DNA of 64,000 nt from a virus (lineage: Duplodnaviria > Caudoviricetes). The stretch lies in IMG/VR virus record IMGVR_UViG_2582581306_000002, positions 15,726 to 79,725 of that record; one strand, 5' to 3'. Below, piece by piece: positions 18,754-29,300 of this stretch (within the stretch, counting starts at the first letter, position 1; each line of letters opens with the position of its first letter). Both the position numbers and the translations under genes were made by a program. The notes below the pieces were generated by a model, which did no database searches, was not told the DNA's origin, and saw only the letters and a list, made by a program, of their open reading frames with translations.

Positions 18754-19689
18754 TCATTCTTCGGGCTCGTAATCCTCGTTGGCTTCAGAGCGCTGATCAG
18801 GCAACTCTGTCATCCTGTCGAGGTCGGCCAGGAGACCATGCCCTTCTGGATCAGGAAAAAGCCGGCGAAAATTCCCTTCGAACTCCGCCCAGTTGTCCGA
18901 GACCCGCATCAGCGTGACGATCTGCAGGACGTGATCGCGCAGATCCTGCTGGCCGATATCCTCGCTGAGGAACTGATGGTGCTTCCATTTCCGCCGGCCG
19001 CTACCCGGCGGGTTCGGAATCGTCGATCTCAGGCTTTCGTTTACGCCAGCCGTCATCTGCTTGAATATCAGCTTGTCCGTTATGCGGCCGACGGTCGGCA
19101 GCACGCTGTCTTCATCCACCCAGTCCAGTCCGCTGAGACGAAAGAGCTGACGATAATATTCGTCTGGCAGGCGGAGCGCCCAGGCCAACTGGTATTCCGG
19201 AAGTTCCGCAGCCAGGTACTCCTTGAGCACGCTGCGGCGCCTCTCATCCTGAAATCCCGTCGCTTCATCGATCAGCGCGATAAGCCCGACCCGGGCAAAG
19301 GATCTGATCAGCCGTTCCGCGAAATGCGCGTATCGGAGTTCTTGTGGTGTCCGAAGGTCCCCCGCTTCACGTGCATCAAGAATGGCGGCACACAAATCGC
19401 TGAGAACGACGGCCTCGTATCCGGCAGTGGCGCGGGTACCGACACCGGAAAAAAAGATCGGTTTTTCCAAAGCGTCGGAAAGCTCCTCGGACAGATGCGA
19501 CTGTAGCGATGGGTGGTTGAGTATCCTGCCGATACCGCTTCCCCGCCCCTTCATACCGATGGCAGCAGTCACACCTCGGCCAGAAATCACGCGGCGGCCG
19601 TCGCCCAGGATAAAGCAGGGCAACTCAATATCACCGACCACCAGCGTGCCGCTATGCGTCGCCACCGTCTCTGTTTCCCGTCCAATCAT
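18754..19689 (-). CDS. P63C-domain protein
   Basis: LPCFIL.DGRRVIS.RG, ALIDEATGFQ, P.EYY.QLFRL.G, HHQFL. Confidence 0.85.
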   Translation of the reverse strand: MIGRETETVATHSGTLVVGDIELPCFILGDGRRVISGRGVTAAIGMKGRGSGIGRILNHPSLQSHLSEELSDALEKPIFFSGVGTRATAGYEAVVLSDLCAAILDAREAGDLRTPQELRYAHFAERLIRSFARVGLIALIDEATGFQDERRRSVLKEYLAAELPEYQLAWALRLPDEYYRQLFRLSGLDWVDEDSVLPTVGRITDKLIFKQMTAGVNESLRSTIPNPPGSGRRKWKHHQFLSEDIGQQDLRDHVLQIVTLMRVSDNWAEFEGNFRRLFPDPEGHGLLADLDRMTELPDQRSEANEDYEPEE

Positions 19690-19808
19690 CCCGCCTCCAA
19701 GTCCTTATCCGCTCATCGCATTCTGGATGGCCATTAAACAAGCATTATTTGGCCATTCTGGTTTACAACCGGTAATGCCGATGTTATCAAAAGTCGCAGA
19801 GCCGAGTA

Positions 19809-20102
19809 ATGACACAACCTCTGCTCCGAGAAAATCAATGGGGGTGCGGGGTGGCAGGACAGGCACAGAATTCCAGGCGCATATTTCTGCAAGCAGCCGC
19901 CGGTGTGGCGCTCTGTCCTGCCGTCGCAGCGGGCCGTCCGCGCGAGGAGGAACTGACGCCTGCCGAACGCATAGAATACCACATCAGCGAATTGATCAAA
20001 GCAGCCGAGGAAGCTGATCCCAGCATCACATCCTGGCGGGTTACCGGCCTTGATAGCACTAGCCAACACGGCTGCGCCATCGTGATCGCGGCGTGGCGAT
20101 AG
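19809..20102 (+). CDS. Small protein, paralog family A, twin-arginine-like
   Basis: SRRIFLQAAAG; YHISELIKA....DPSITSW...GCAIVIAAWR. Confidence 0.6.
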   Translation: MTQPLLRENQWGCGVAGQAQNSRRIFLQAAAGVALCPAVAAGRPREEELTPAERIEYHISELIKAAEEADPSITSWRVTGLDSTSQHGCAIVIAAWR

Positions 20103-20116
20103 TAGTATCGGCGCAA

Positions 20117-20302
20117 TCAGTGCGTTGTGATTGGTTCGCAGACACAGTTGCTTGCGGGGAGACCGCACCGGTTGCAAGCCAGAGACGGCTTCATATCGAT
20201 GAACTTTACCAGGACTTCGCGCAGATCGTCGACGGTGGCGGCCTTCAGCGCGTCCTGACGCAGGGCTTTCAGGGTTTTCAGCGTCTTGTCGTCAGATGCC
20301 AT
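20117..20302 (-). CDS. Small protein (paralog family B) with a C-terminal CxxC...CxC
   Basis: SD GGGAG; LKALRQDALKAATVDDLREVLVKFID. Confidence 0.65.
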   Translation of the reverse strand: MASDDKTLKTLKALRQDALKAATVDDLREVLVKFIDMKPSLACNRCGLPASNCVCEPITTH

Positions 20303-20365
20303 CGCGGCGGGCTCCCATGGTTCCATATAGGATATGCCAGCGGTAGCCCTACCGTAAATAGCAGT

Positions 20366-20382
20366 GTTGCGTTTTGTGCAAC
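20366..20382. promoter_or_regulatory. Operator GTTGC-N7-GCAAC
   Basis: Same palindrome as in the immunity region. Confidence 0.75.
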
Positions 20383-20392
20383 GGACCAATGA

Positions 20393-23300
20393 TCAACGAT
20401 AGATTGGGTCCGGAAGCTTCTCGCGCAGTGATTTCCCGAGCGCGGGATTTCCGATAAGCACACCATCCTCACGCTTCGCCGCGTTCCTCGCCCGTGTTTT
20501 CAGTGAGCGCTTCAAGGTTTCCGCGGTGATGGCGAGCGGCCCGTTGACCGGCACAGCGTTGAACTTCTTGATATCGGCGATCGCCTCCTTCCGGGCCTCG
20601 TCATCCTTCATCGTAACGGCCATGGCGAACCGATTCATGAGCATCCTGCGCTTGTCGAGGATTGCCTGCTCCGCGTTCTTCAATGAGATGTTGCGATCCC
20701 AAGTCTCCGCGACCTTAGCCGGTGTGAAACCGAGGAATTGAGCGACGAGGTCATGATAGTCGATTTGGTTCGCCGGCAGGATTTCGTCGCCGCGAGCCGA
20801 CGTCACACCCTCCTGGGCATAGCGATAGGTTTTCAGGAGATCGCGGATGAACTTGGGCGCGGCGACTTCCAGGCCGCGCGCTACGTTGCCTTCGTCCTTG
20901 ATTACCGAGAACCCCTGCCAGAACTGGCCGATCATGCTGACACTGGCGCCGAGCGACTGAAGGGCCCAGTATTCATATTCGGATTTGCCCTGGAGATCGC
21001 GTGACGGGGAACGGAACCAGAGATCCGGCATGCCGATACGCGATGTCAGATCAATACCGAGATAATGACCAGGCGCACCGTTGAGAACGATGCCACCGAG
21101 CTCGGGACCGAGAATGTCCTGTACGGATTTCCGGAACTGCTGCTCGAAATCCATGGGATCGTCGTCGTCGCCGAAAATCGCGGAGGCAAGCGCCATCACT
21201 AGATTGAAACCGATGGTTCCGGTGACACCGGCGAGCAGCGACATCATGCCGACCACACCGGCCAACTGGTACCGCGCCTCCTTGCGCACCGCAGCACTCT
21301 CGCCCTTCAGCGACTGGTGGATGTCGCGGAAGACACGATACAGATAGTTGATCTGGTACTGACGGAACACCAGCGCGACCTTGGCAAAATCATTTTGCAT
21401 GATCGCTGGCCGGCTGGAGTTGGAATAGTCGAAGTGCGTTTTAAGGGTGAGCTCGTGCGCTGCGTCGATCGCGTCAGGCTCTGTCCTACCGGCGGCGCGC
21501 GCCATGCGGTAAGCAGCCAGCGCGGTGACGGACCGATTGACGACTTCTGCCTGCTGAAACGCCCACGAAATCACTTTCATCGTCTTGGCGCGAATGGAGG
21601 TCTGGTTGATGCCGTTCTGTCCGGCACCGGCGAGGTCATAACTCTGGGTACGGTCGATCAGGCCCGATTCGTAGAATGCCTCCATGGCGCGTTTTTCATC
21701 GTCCGTGGTGCTGGAGCCCATCAGGCGCCCCTTACTGACGACAAAATCCTTGGAGGCGCGGAGCAGTGCCGCACTCGATTTGGCGACACCACCGTATTTC
21801 GCACCGAGGATCGGCACACCGAGCATGACGGTCTGGGTCAGATTGACCATGGCCGCGGCTGGGGAGGCGGCGAGATAATAGACGAAGGCAACGGACGTCA
21901 TCCATTGCGCCCATTCCGATCCTGTCGGGTTCATCACCCAGTCGTGACGTTTGGCGAGTTCGTTGGCCAGTGTCATCGCCCGGGTCTGATCGTCAGCTTC
22001 CTCTGCCTGGTCCTTCGCCTTATTGGTCAGTTCTTGCAGCTCAAGCCCGTACTTAATTTTCCCCATCTGGTGTGCGCCGTGGAAGAGCGCATTGGCAAAC
22101 ACGCGCATCGCGTCCTCATGGTAGCCGGCCGTCCCTTTGCGGTGAATAAACCGCTTCCGTGCCGAAAGCTCAGGCATACTTTCCAAATATCTTTGCCAGA
22201 TGGCGTCTTGCAGTTCCGGAGCCGCGCCGGCGTCTCCGAGCAGAGTTTCGATCTCGGCGACAATGCGGGGGTCCATTGCCTGGCGGAGCTCGGAGCTGTT
22301 TTCGGTGACCCCGACCTTCACCGTACCAGCCGGATAGGCCTTTTGAACTCTGGTGGCGGTCTGATCGCGCTCATGCGCGGTTTCATGCTTGGAGAAATAC
22401 AGGGTCTCGCCGTCGACATCACGCACCGCGACGAAGTACCGCCCGAAACGGCCGAGCGGGAAATAGGGCGCCGGAACGCGACTGTTCTCGAACGCGATGC
22501 GCATCTTCGTCATCCGCGCCTTCATCGTCCACTGCGCCCGGGTTTTCTGCTCTTTATATTGTGTCGCGAGTTCCGCCTCCTTCGCCTTCCGCGTCTTCGC
22601 GGTCAGGTTCTTCTTGTCGAGATCGGCGATATTCTTCTGATAGTCGGCCTCGGCACGGTCGAGCGCGATCTGCTGGGCTTTGCGGACATTGTCCAGGAGC
22701 AACTGATCCAGTTCCTCAGCCTGCTGACGATAGGTGTCACGGACCGTCGAGAAAAGCTCCCGCGCCTTCACCGGCAGCGCGAGGTACTGTTTGCGCAGGG
22801 CGTCATAGCCGGTCTTTGCGATGGTCTCCGCGTCGGTCAGGGACGGATCAACGCCAGCGAGGGTGGCGTCGTGCATCAGGCTGGATATCTGTGCCGCGCG
22901 GGACTTATCCTTTCCGAGATAGCCGGTGCTGATGACCTTGCGCCACTGTTCTACAACCTCGCCAGCTTTTTCGTGCTTCTTGCCACGATAAGTGTCGAGG
23001 AGGCGTTTGACCCGCAGGTAATCGCCGACGGCCGTCATGTTCGGACGTGCAAGTTCCGGGAAATAATTAAGCGGGATGGTTTTGAGCATAGCTGGCTGGA
23101 TGTCTGTCAGTTTTCCGCTCAACGCCGAGGCGATGGCGCCCGGAGTGGGGATGAGACGGTCGCTGTCCTCGGCGATCGAGAACTGTGTTGCCTCGACCTT
23201 CGGCTTCGAGACCGGCGTGCGCTGCGCGATCGCGCCCGACTTGGCACGGTCAAAGACGTCCTCTGCGGTCTGGAAGCCCCTGCCCTGCAAGAAATTCTGC

Positions 23301-26300
23301 ACCTGACGGATAGCCTTCAGGATGCGGTCCCATGCCGCCCGCAACGCGGTGTGCGGCTTGATCGTCGATACGCCGGTAGCGTAGGCCGCAAAGGCTTCTG
23401 CCTCGACCTCGTGAGCCGTCATCTTCGCTGCCTGCTTCTCACGGCCGATCCGCTGCTGCACCATGCGTCGCAGACGGCCAATTTCGGCCTTGAGGACAGC
23501 TTTCTCGGCATTTGACAGGAAGAGGTGCTGCAGGCGGTGGAAAGCCTCATGGTAGGCGTTCGTGGCGCTCGCCGTGTTTTCAGCGATGGCAATGACGTCC
23601 TGCCCGGGCGAGTAGAAGCCGCCGGCCGTCGTCGGCGTCGTCGTACCCCATGCTGCGGCGCCGTTCGGGAGGTCGATGCGCTTCATCCACATCACATCGT
23701 TGAGGCCAGCGACCTTGCGGACGATGTCATTCACAGCTTGGATGTCAGCGGGGGAGCCGAGCCCTGTATCAGTGGAAGTATCGACATCTCCCCAGCCCAT
23801 TGGGGCCGCGGCTTTGCGCTTTGGTGAGACAATTTTGACCCGGCTATCGTCGTAGATCACGTAATTGTAGGTGCCATCTCCAGCATCGCGAGACGCGCCG
23901 TCGAGGAAACGGTGACCCGGGATGCCTGCCGCGCGCAATGCTTCGGAAGCCGCCTTGTCGGAGCCACGTTCCTTAACGAGGCTTTCATAATAATCCTGAA
24001 AGGTTTGATCGAGGTTTAACCTGCCGGACAGCGCATTATTGAACTTTTCGCGAATACCTTCGAGCGTGGCACGCTGAGCCGGAGTGAGCTCGTACACAAG
24101 ATCAAATTCTTCGTCTATGCCGAGGTCATCGCGAATGTAACGCTCTCCATGCTGTTGCCCTATTATATTGCCGGCAAGCGTGGAAAACCTTCTGATATCC
24201 GCTTTGGATGCCTTCCGAGCACCGGCTGGTGCCAACTTCTGAAGTATTTTCCGCACGCCCTCCGGCTGGTCCGAAATATCACCATCCCACCATGCAAGTT
24301 CGCTATCCTCGGGAACATCGACCTCGAAAAGCTGCCCACCTCCCTCATGTTTGAGGTTTGCGCTTTTCAGCCAATCCCGTCCGCCCTCGTAGAATGCCTT
24401 CATTCGGCCGGTGTCTGTTGCTGCAAACTGTTCGAGCTGCTCGATTGCCTCTGCAACACTCAGAACACCCAAGAGAGCATCCGTCCCGGCCTTCTCCTCG
24501 TTGGTCATTTTGGAGCGATCCAACGTTTTCACGTCGACGCCGTTGAGAAGGAAGCGACTGTTCCGGGTCAACATACGCCTATAATGGTTCGCGACCTCCT
24601 TCTTGCCCGCAAAATAGAGGCCCCAACCGAACGACTGGTTGCCTTCGCCGGTACCAATCATCTCAGTGCTGAACTCATCGAAGTCTGAGCCTGTGCCATG
24701 GTAGGCCGCCTGAAACTCCGCATCTTCGGGCGGCTTTACATTCTCGGCAGCATCAACGTCTGCCGCAGACGACATGCCGTCGAAGGCGGTGGCACGGGGA
24801 TCGTATTTCACGCCCATGTACCAGGACTTCAAATAGGGCCGCGCGACGTCGCCGAGATCGGCCAGCATAGCCGTGGCAAATGCCGCGAAGGTGCGGGCGC
24901 CCTTTTCGATGTGATAACCGGCCAGCGTGACACCGGCCTGCAGGATTTCGGGATCGATGCCGCTGTTCAGCGTCGAGCCGGATAGTTTCTTGCGGAGCAG
25001 CGCGCGCGCCTTCTCCGCAGCGTCTTCGGTGAAAACGGTGTTTTCTGTCACCGGAAGTTTCTGCTTCGCTGGTGGCTTGGACGTCCGTGCCTCATGCTTC
25101 GCCTTCATGTCCGCGAGCGATTCCTTGAACTCCTTGCGGATCGCGTCGGCGAGCTGCTTGCCCTTGAGGACGATCCGGCGCTTGCCATCGTCCTTGTCGA
25201 GGATGAACGTGATGGCTGGCCCGGGGCGGGTCTCCACCATGTATTTGTTGCCACCGGCACCACCGGTACCGAATTTCTTCTCGACGAGCTCCAGCAGCTC
25301 CTTATCCTGCATTCCGGCTTTGACGGCTGCCGCGATGTCGTCATCGCCGCCATTGGTCTGGGTAAGGCGGCCAAGTGCATCGGAAATCGCATCATCTTCA
25401 CTGCCCCAGACATCGTCCCAGGGATGATCGTCGGCGTTGAAGGCGCGCTTGACCTCTGGAACCGGCGTCTGCTCGACGGTCGCCGCCTTTACCGACGGCG
25501 TGGCGTTAGTACCGCGCTTTCCTCCGACATCCCCGTTCCGAGGCGATAGTGAATCGTCGATGGGCACAGACCGACCTGTTCCGCCCATGCTGTCAGGGTC
25601 TTGGTCTCCCCCCCGATCGTCATCATGTGGTTTTTCCGCATGTTGTGGGCTTGCTCCTTCTTTGTCGCCCAACGAAGGTTCCCCGGCTCGTAGTTTCCCT
25701 CGTTGTCTATCCGGTCCAGCTGATGTTTCGGTGTCGGCCTGTCCCCGACGATTTCCAGAAAGGTCGAGAACCTGCTCATCCTCGGATCTAGGGCGATCCC
25801 CCGCCCCCCGTAGTTGTGGTAGTACGGGCTCTTCGGGTTTTGCGTCCGGTCCAATATGTTGAGCCACGTCTTGTACAGGGGATGCCTGCTCAGTCCGTGA
25901 TATTCTCGCTGCCCCCTGGGGCGAGCGTGTTGCCTTGTCATCTTTGAGGAGTACCTTCAGGTCCTGGACCGACATCTCAGTGATGTCGCCCATGCGGCGC
26001 GAAGCGGAGGCATCGGAAAAGCCCCGGCTGTAAATATCGACCGCGTCCGCACGATCTGATGCGCCAAGTATAACCTTCAACTCGTCGAAACGTCCAGTGT
26101 CCGGGTCGATCTGATCGACAACAAACGCAGGGTTCTCGTCGGAGATATCCGATGTTCCGGCTTTCACGTACAGATCGACATGATCGCCATCGGCACCGGT
26201 GGTTCCCCTGAAATATCCGTAGTGCGCCGGCATCGTAACCGACCACGGTTTACCGTCTGGGCCTGTTCCCTTACGCTCCGAACCAACCGGATTTTCAATC

Positions 26301-29300
26301 GAAATATCCAGCCCACCCAGCCGAATGTGGCCCTTTTTGTAATTTCCTTCTTTTTGCTGTGCTTCCGTCGGCTCTGGAAGATCATTCAGTGGAGATGTCG
26401 CTGCAGCATGCGCCTCGGTGTCGACATTGGAGATCGCGTTAGCCGGTACCAAGGCGTTCAGTTTCTTCCTGACCCCGCCGGAATGACCGGCCCAATCCAG
26501 CTTTTCAGACCGTTTGATGCCGGCGGTATCGAGCACGACGCGACGCTCGTCCGGCGACATCGCATCCCACCAGACCTGCGCCTCGTCGATCGGCGCCACT
26601 GGTTCGTCTATTGCGCCGCTGCGACGGTGCTCCGACTGCCACTCCTTCAGGCGCTTGTCGTTGACCGGCGGCATCTTGATCGCCAGTTTCGACCGGGCTT
26701 CCTTGGCGGCGCGCTCGACGCGGTACCGGAAGTCATCACTGAGCTGACCCAGTGCCTGCGAATCGATCTCGAACTCCTTGGCGAGCAGCCGCTGTTCCGC
26801 CGGCAGCGCCTCGTCCATGCCGAGTTGGCTGGTCCCCATGATCCGCTTGCTGGTCAGACGCTCCTTGCCGAGGTCGTAGAGGCGGGCATGCAAGGCGTCG
26901 GGCATGGACACCGTTTTGTCACCGAGACGGCGATCGGTGCCGGTCAGCACAGGCGTTTCCCGCTCGACCGGCGGATTGCGCTTCAACTCCTGCTCTTCGA
27001 CCTGCTTCGCATTGAGCTTGCTGACAAACAGCGCCGCGGCGGGCACCTGGTAGGATTGGCCTGCATCGTTGGTCACGAGGACCTCGGTCGCGCCTTCCTC
27101 GTAGGAACCGACCTTGGCCGAAAACCTGCCGAGCTCCGGCGTATCGACGATGACGCGCTGACCCGGCTGCGGTGCCGACGGCAGTTTCTCAAGCGCAGGC
27201 ATCTGCTCGCTACGTGGCGGCAATTCGCTGGTGATTTCACCGGCAACGGGCTCCTGCGGGCGCAGTGCCTCATCGTCCGAGGATTCGGGCAAAGCGTCGC
27301 GCGTCGGCAGCAACGAGCCCGACGGTGGTTTCGCGATCTCGGTCAACTGGCCCAGCGGGATCTGGTAGACCTCGCCGCTTCCGCTATCGACGACGACGGC
27401 CTCGTCGCCCTCGTAGCCTTCGACGGTCGCCATGAAGGGCTCGACACCGTCGGCATCGACGCGCACCGTGGCACCTTGAGCCGGACGGATGCCGCTCGAA
27501 GCTGCCGCAGCTGCTGCGACCTGCGCGCCGATACCATGCTCCTGCTGCTGCCGGACCGCTTGCGTTTCGCCGTGTTCCAGCGCTCGCGCAAGCGGCCCAG
27601 CCCGCCTTGCCCCCGCAGGCGGTGCCTGTTGGGTCGCTGGTGAAGCGACCTGTTCGTCGATTTCGTTGCTGATCTCGGCAGAGGCTGGGCTGATTGCCCC
27701 ACCAGCACCACCCAGCCCGCCGCCCATGGCTGCGCCGGCAGCGAGCCCGCCCGCAGCTGCCTCCGCGACACCCTCGGTTAGATTTTGGCTTGGATCGACC
27801 GTCTGCACGGCCGCGTTTTCAGCGACCTTCTGCGATGCACTCTGTGGGAGTTCTTCGAGGATGCCCTCACCGGCCGCACCGCGACCGGCTCCAACCAGAA
27901 GACGTTTCGCGACGGTACCGCCGACGCCTTCCGCAATAATCTTGGCGAGAGCACGGTCACCAAGACCGCCGAATGCGCCGGTTGTTACACCGGCTACCAA
28001 AAAAGCTTGCGAGGCGGCGTCATCTGTTATCGAGGCAATAGCTTCGTCCGGCGACATTCCCTGAGAAATAAGTGCCTTGACGGAATCAGCCTCCAACAAC
28101 TGATCGCGAGGTATCTCCGCGATACGATCGCGTACTTCTATCGCTGACTGTCCCCCTCCAAGGCCGCCCTCACCGACGGCGCCAGCGACAAGCGCTGTCT
28201 TCGCGGCTGTTGCAGCTGCGGCCTTCTCGCCCAGGCCACCCACGATCGCTGCGGTGTAGGCACCCCGCGCCAAAAGCGCGCTTGGCCCCATCGTGGCCAG
28301 CGTGCTCGGTGCAGATTCGGCTATCGCGCCGAGGTAACTGTCAGGATCCGACCATGCAGGTCCAAGCGTACCCTTCTCGCTGTCCCACCACGTCTTGTTG
28401 TAGCTGACTTTGCCGGCCTCGGTGACAGATGCTCGGGCTGTCGTCGCGTAGTCACGGAGCCGCTGTTCAACAGGTTTTCCCGTTACCCACTCATCCACAG
28501 CGTCCAGACCGCCGACGATCGATGGACCGACCTTGGGTATCATTCCCACAACAGCGCGCACCGTTCGGCCCAGATCTGCGTTCCCGGCACCAACCTTTCG
28601 GGCGAGGTCACCACCGCGACCAGTCGATCGGTTCTCTTTTTCCCATTCTGCCTTCCACGCCTCGTATTCCACCTCGGACATGGTGAGGTATTTTCCAGGC
28701 TCACGTGTATCTAGGGCTGCATGGGTCTCTTCTATCAGCTGATTTTCAGCAGCGACGCCTGCCCCAGCACCACCGGCGGCAGACCGAGCCTTTGCAGCCG
28801 CCTCGGCCTCTTTCACCGACTTGAAGCGCTCGAACGTCTGTCCGTTCGCCTGCTCATAGGCCTGCATTGTGCGAAGGATGTTGTCCTCGTCGCCGGCGTC
28901 GAACTGCACTGGCCCCTTTGGACCCATCCACAACGATGGGACGTTGACCCACTCGCCGCTTGGGAGCTGCCACGTGGTGGAAATCTCGGTCGAATAGCTG
29001 CCGTCCGCGTTCGGGCGCTGCTCGTCTGGCCTGAACGGTCGCAACTGGGCAGTAGATGCAGCCATTTCCTTGAACGGATTGGCCTCACCGTACAGTTTCA
29101 TGTCGTCTTTCGGCTGGAAGTCGCCGGAGACAGGGATACCGCCCTTTTCGGCGTTCGTCGTGCCTTCCGCCTGCGCGACTGCCTGCGGAGCCCCTCCTGC
29201 CGCGACATCCTGAAACCAGCGCGGAGCCTTGTTCATGTTCCTGTTGGTCTTGTCGTGCATGAACCAGGTGGAACCGTCTCCCTTCTGGTCCTTCAGATCG

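Noticed and set aside
21317-23515. 732-aa plus-strand ORF, and similar long antisense ORFs (3900-5357, 26180-27643, 54912-55955, 62639-63916)
   Set aside because: Shadow ORFs opposite well-supported GC-rich genes; no motifs or SD
25400-26000. Group I intron or intein around the nested HNH
   Set aside because: The host frame is uninterrupted, the HNH is out of frame, and no splice motifs were recognised; not excluded without RNA data
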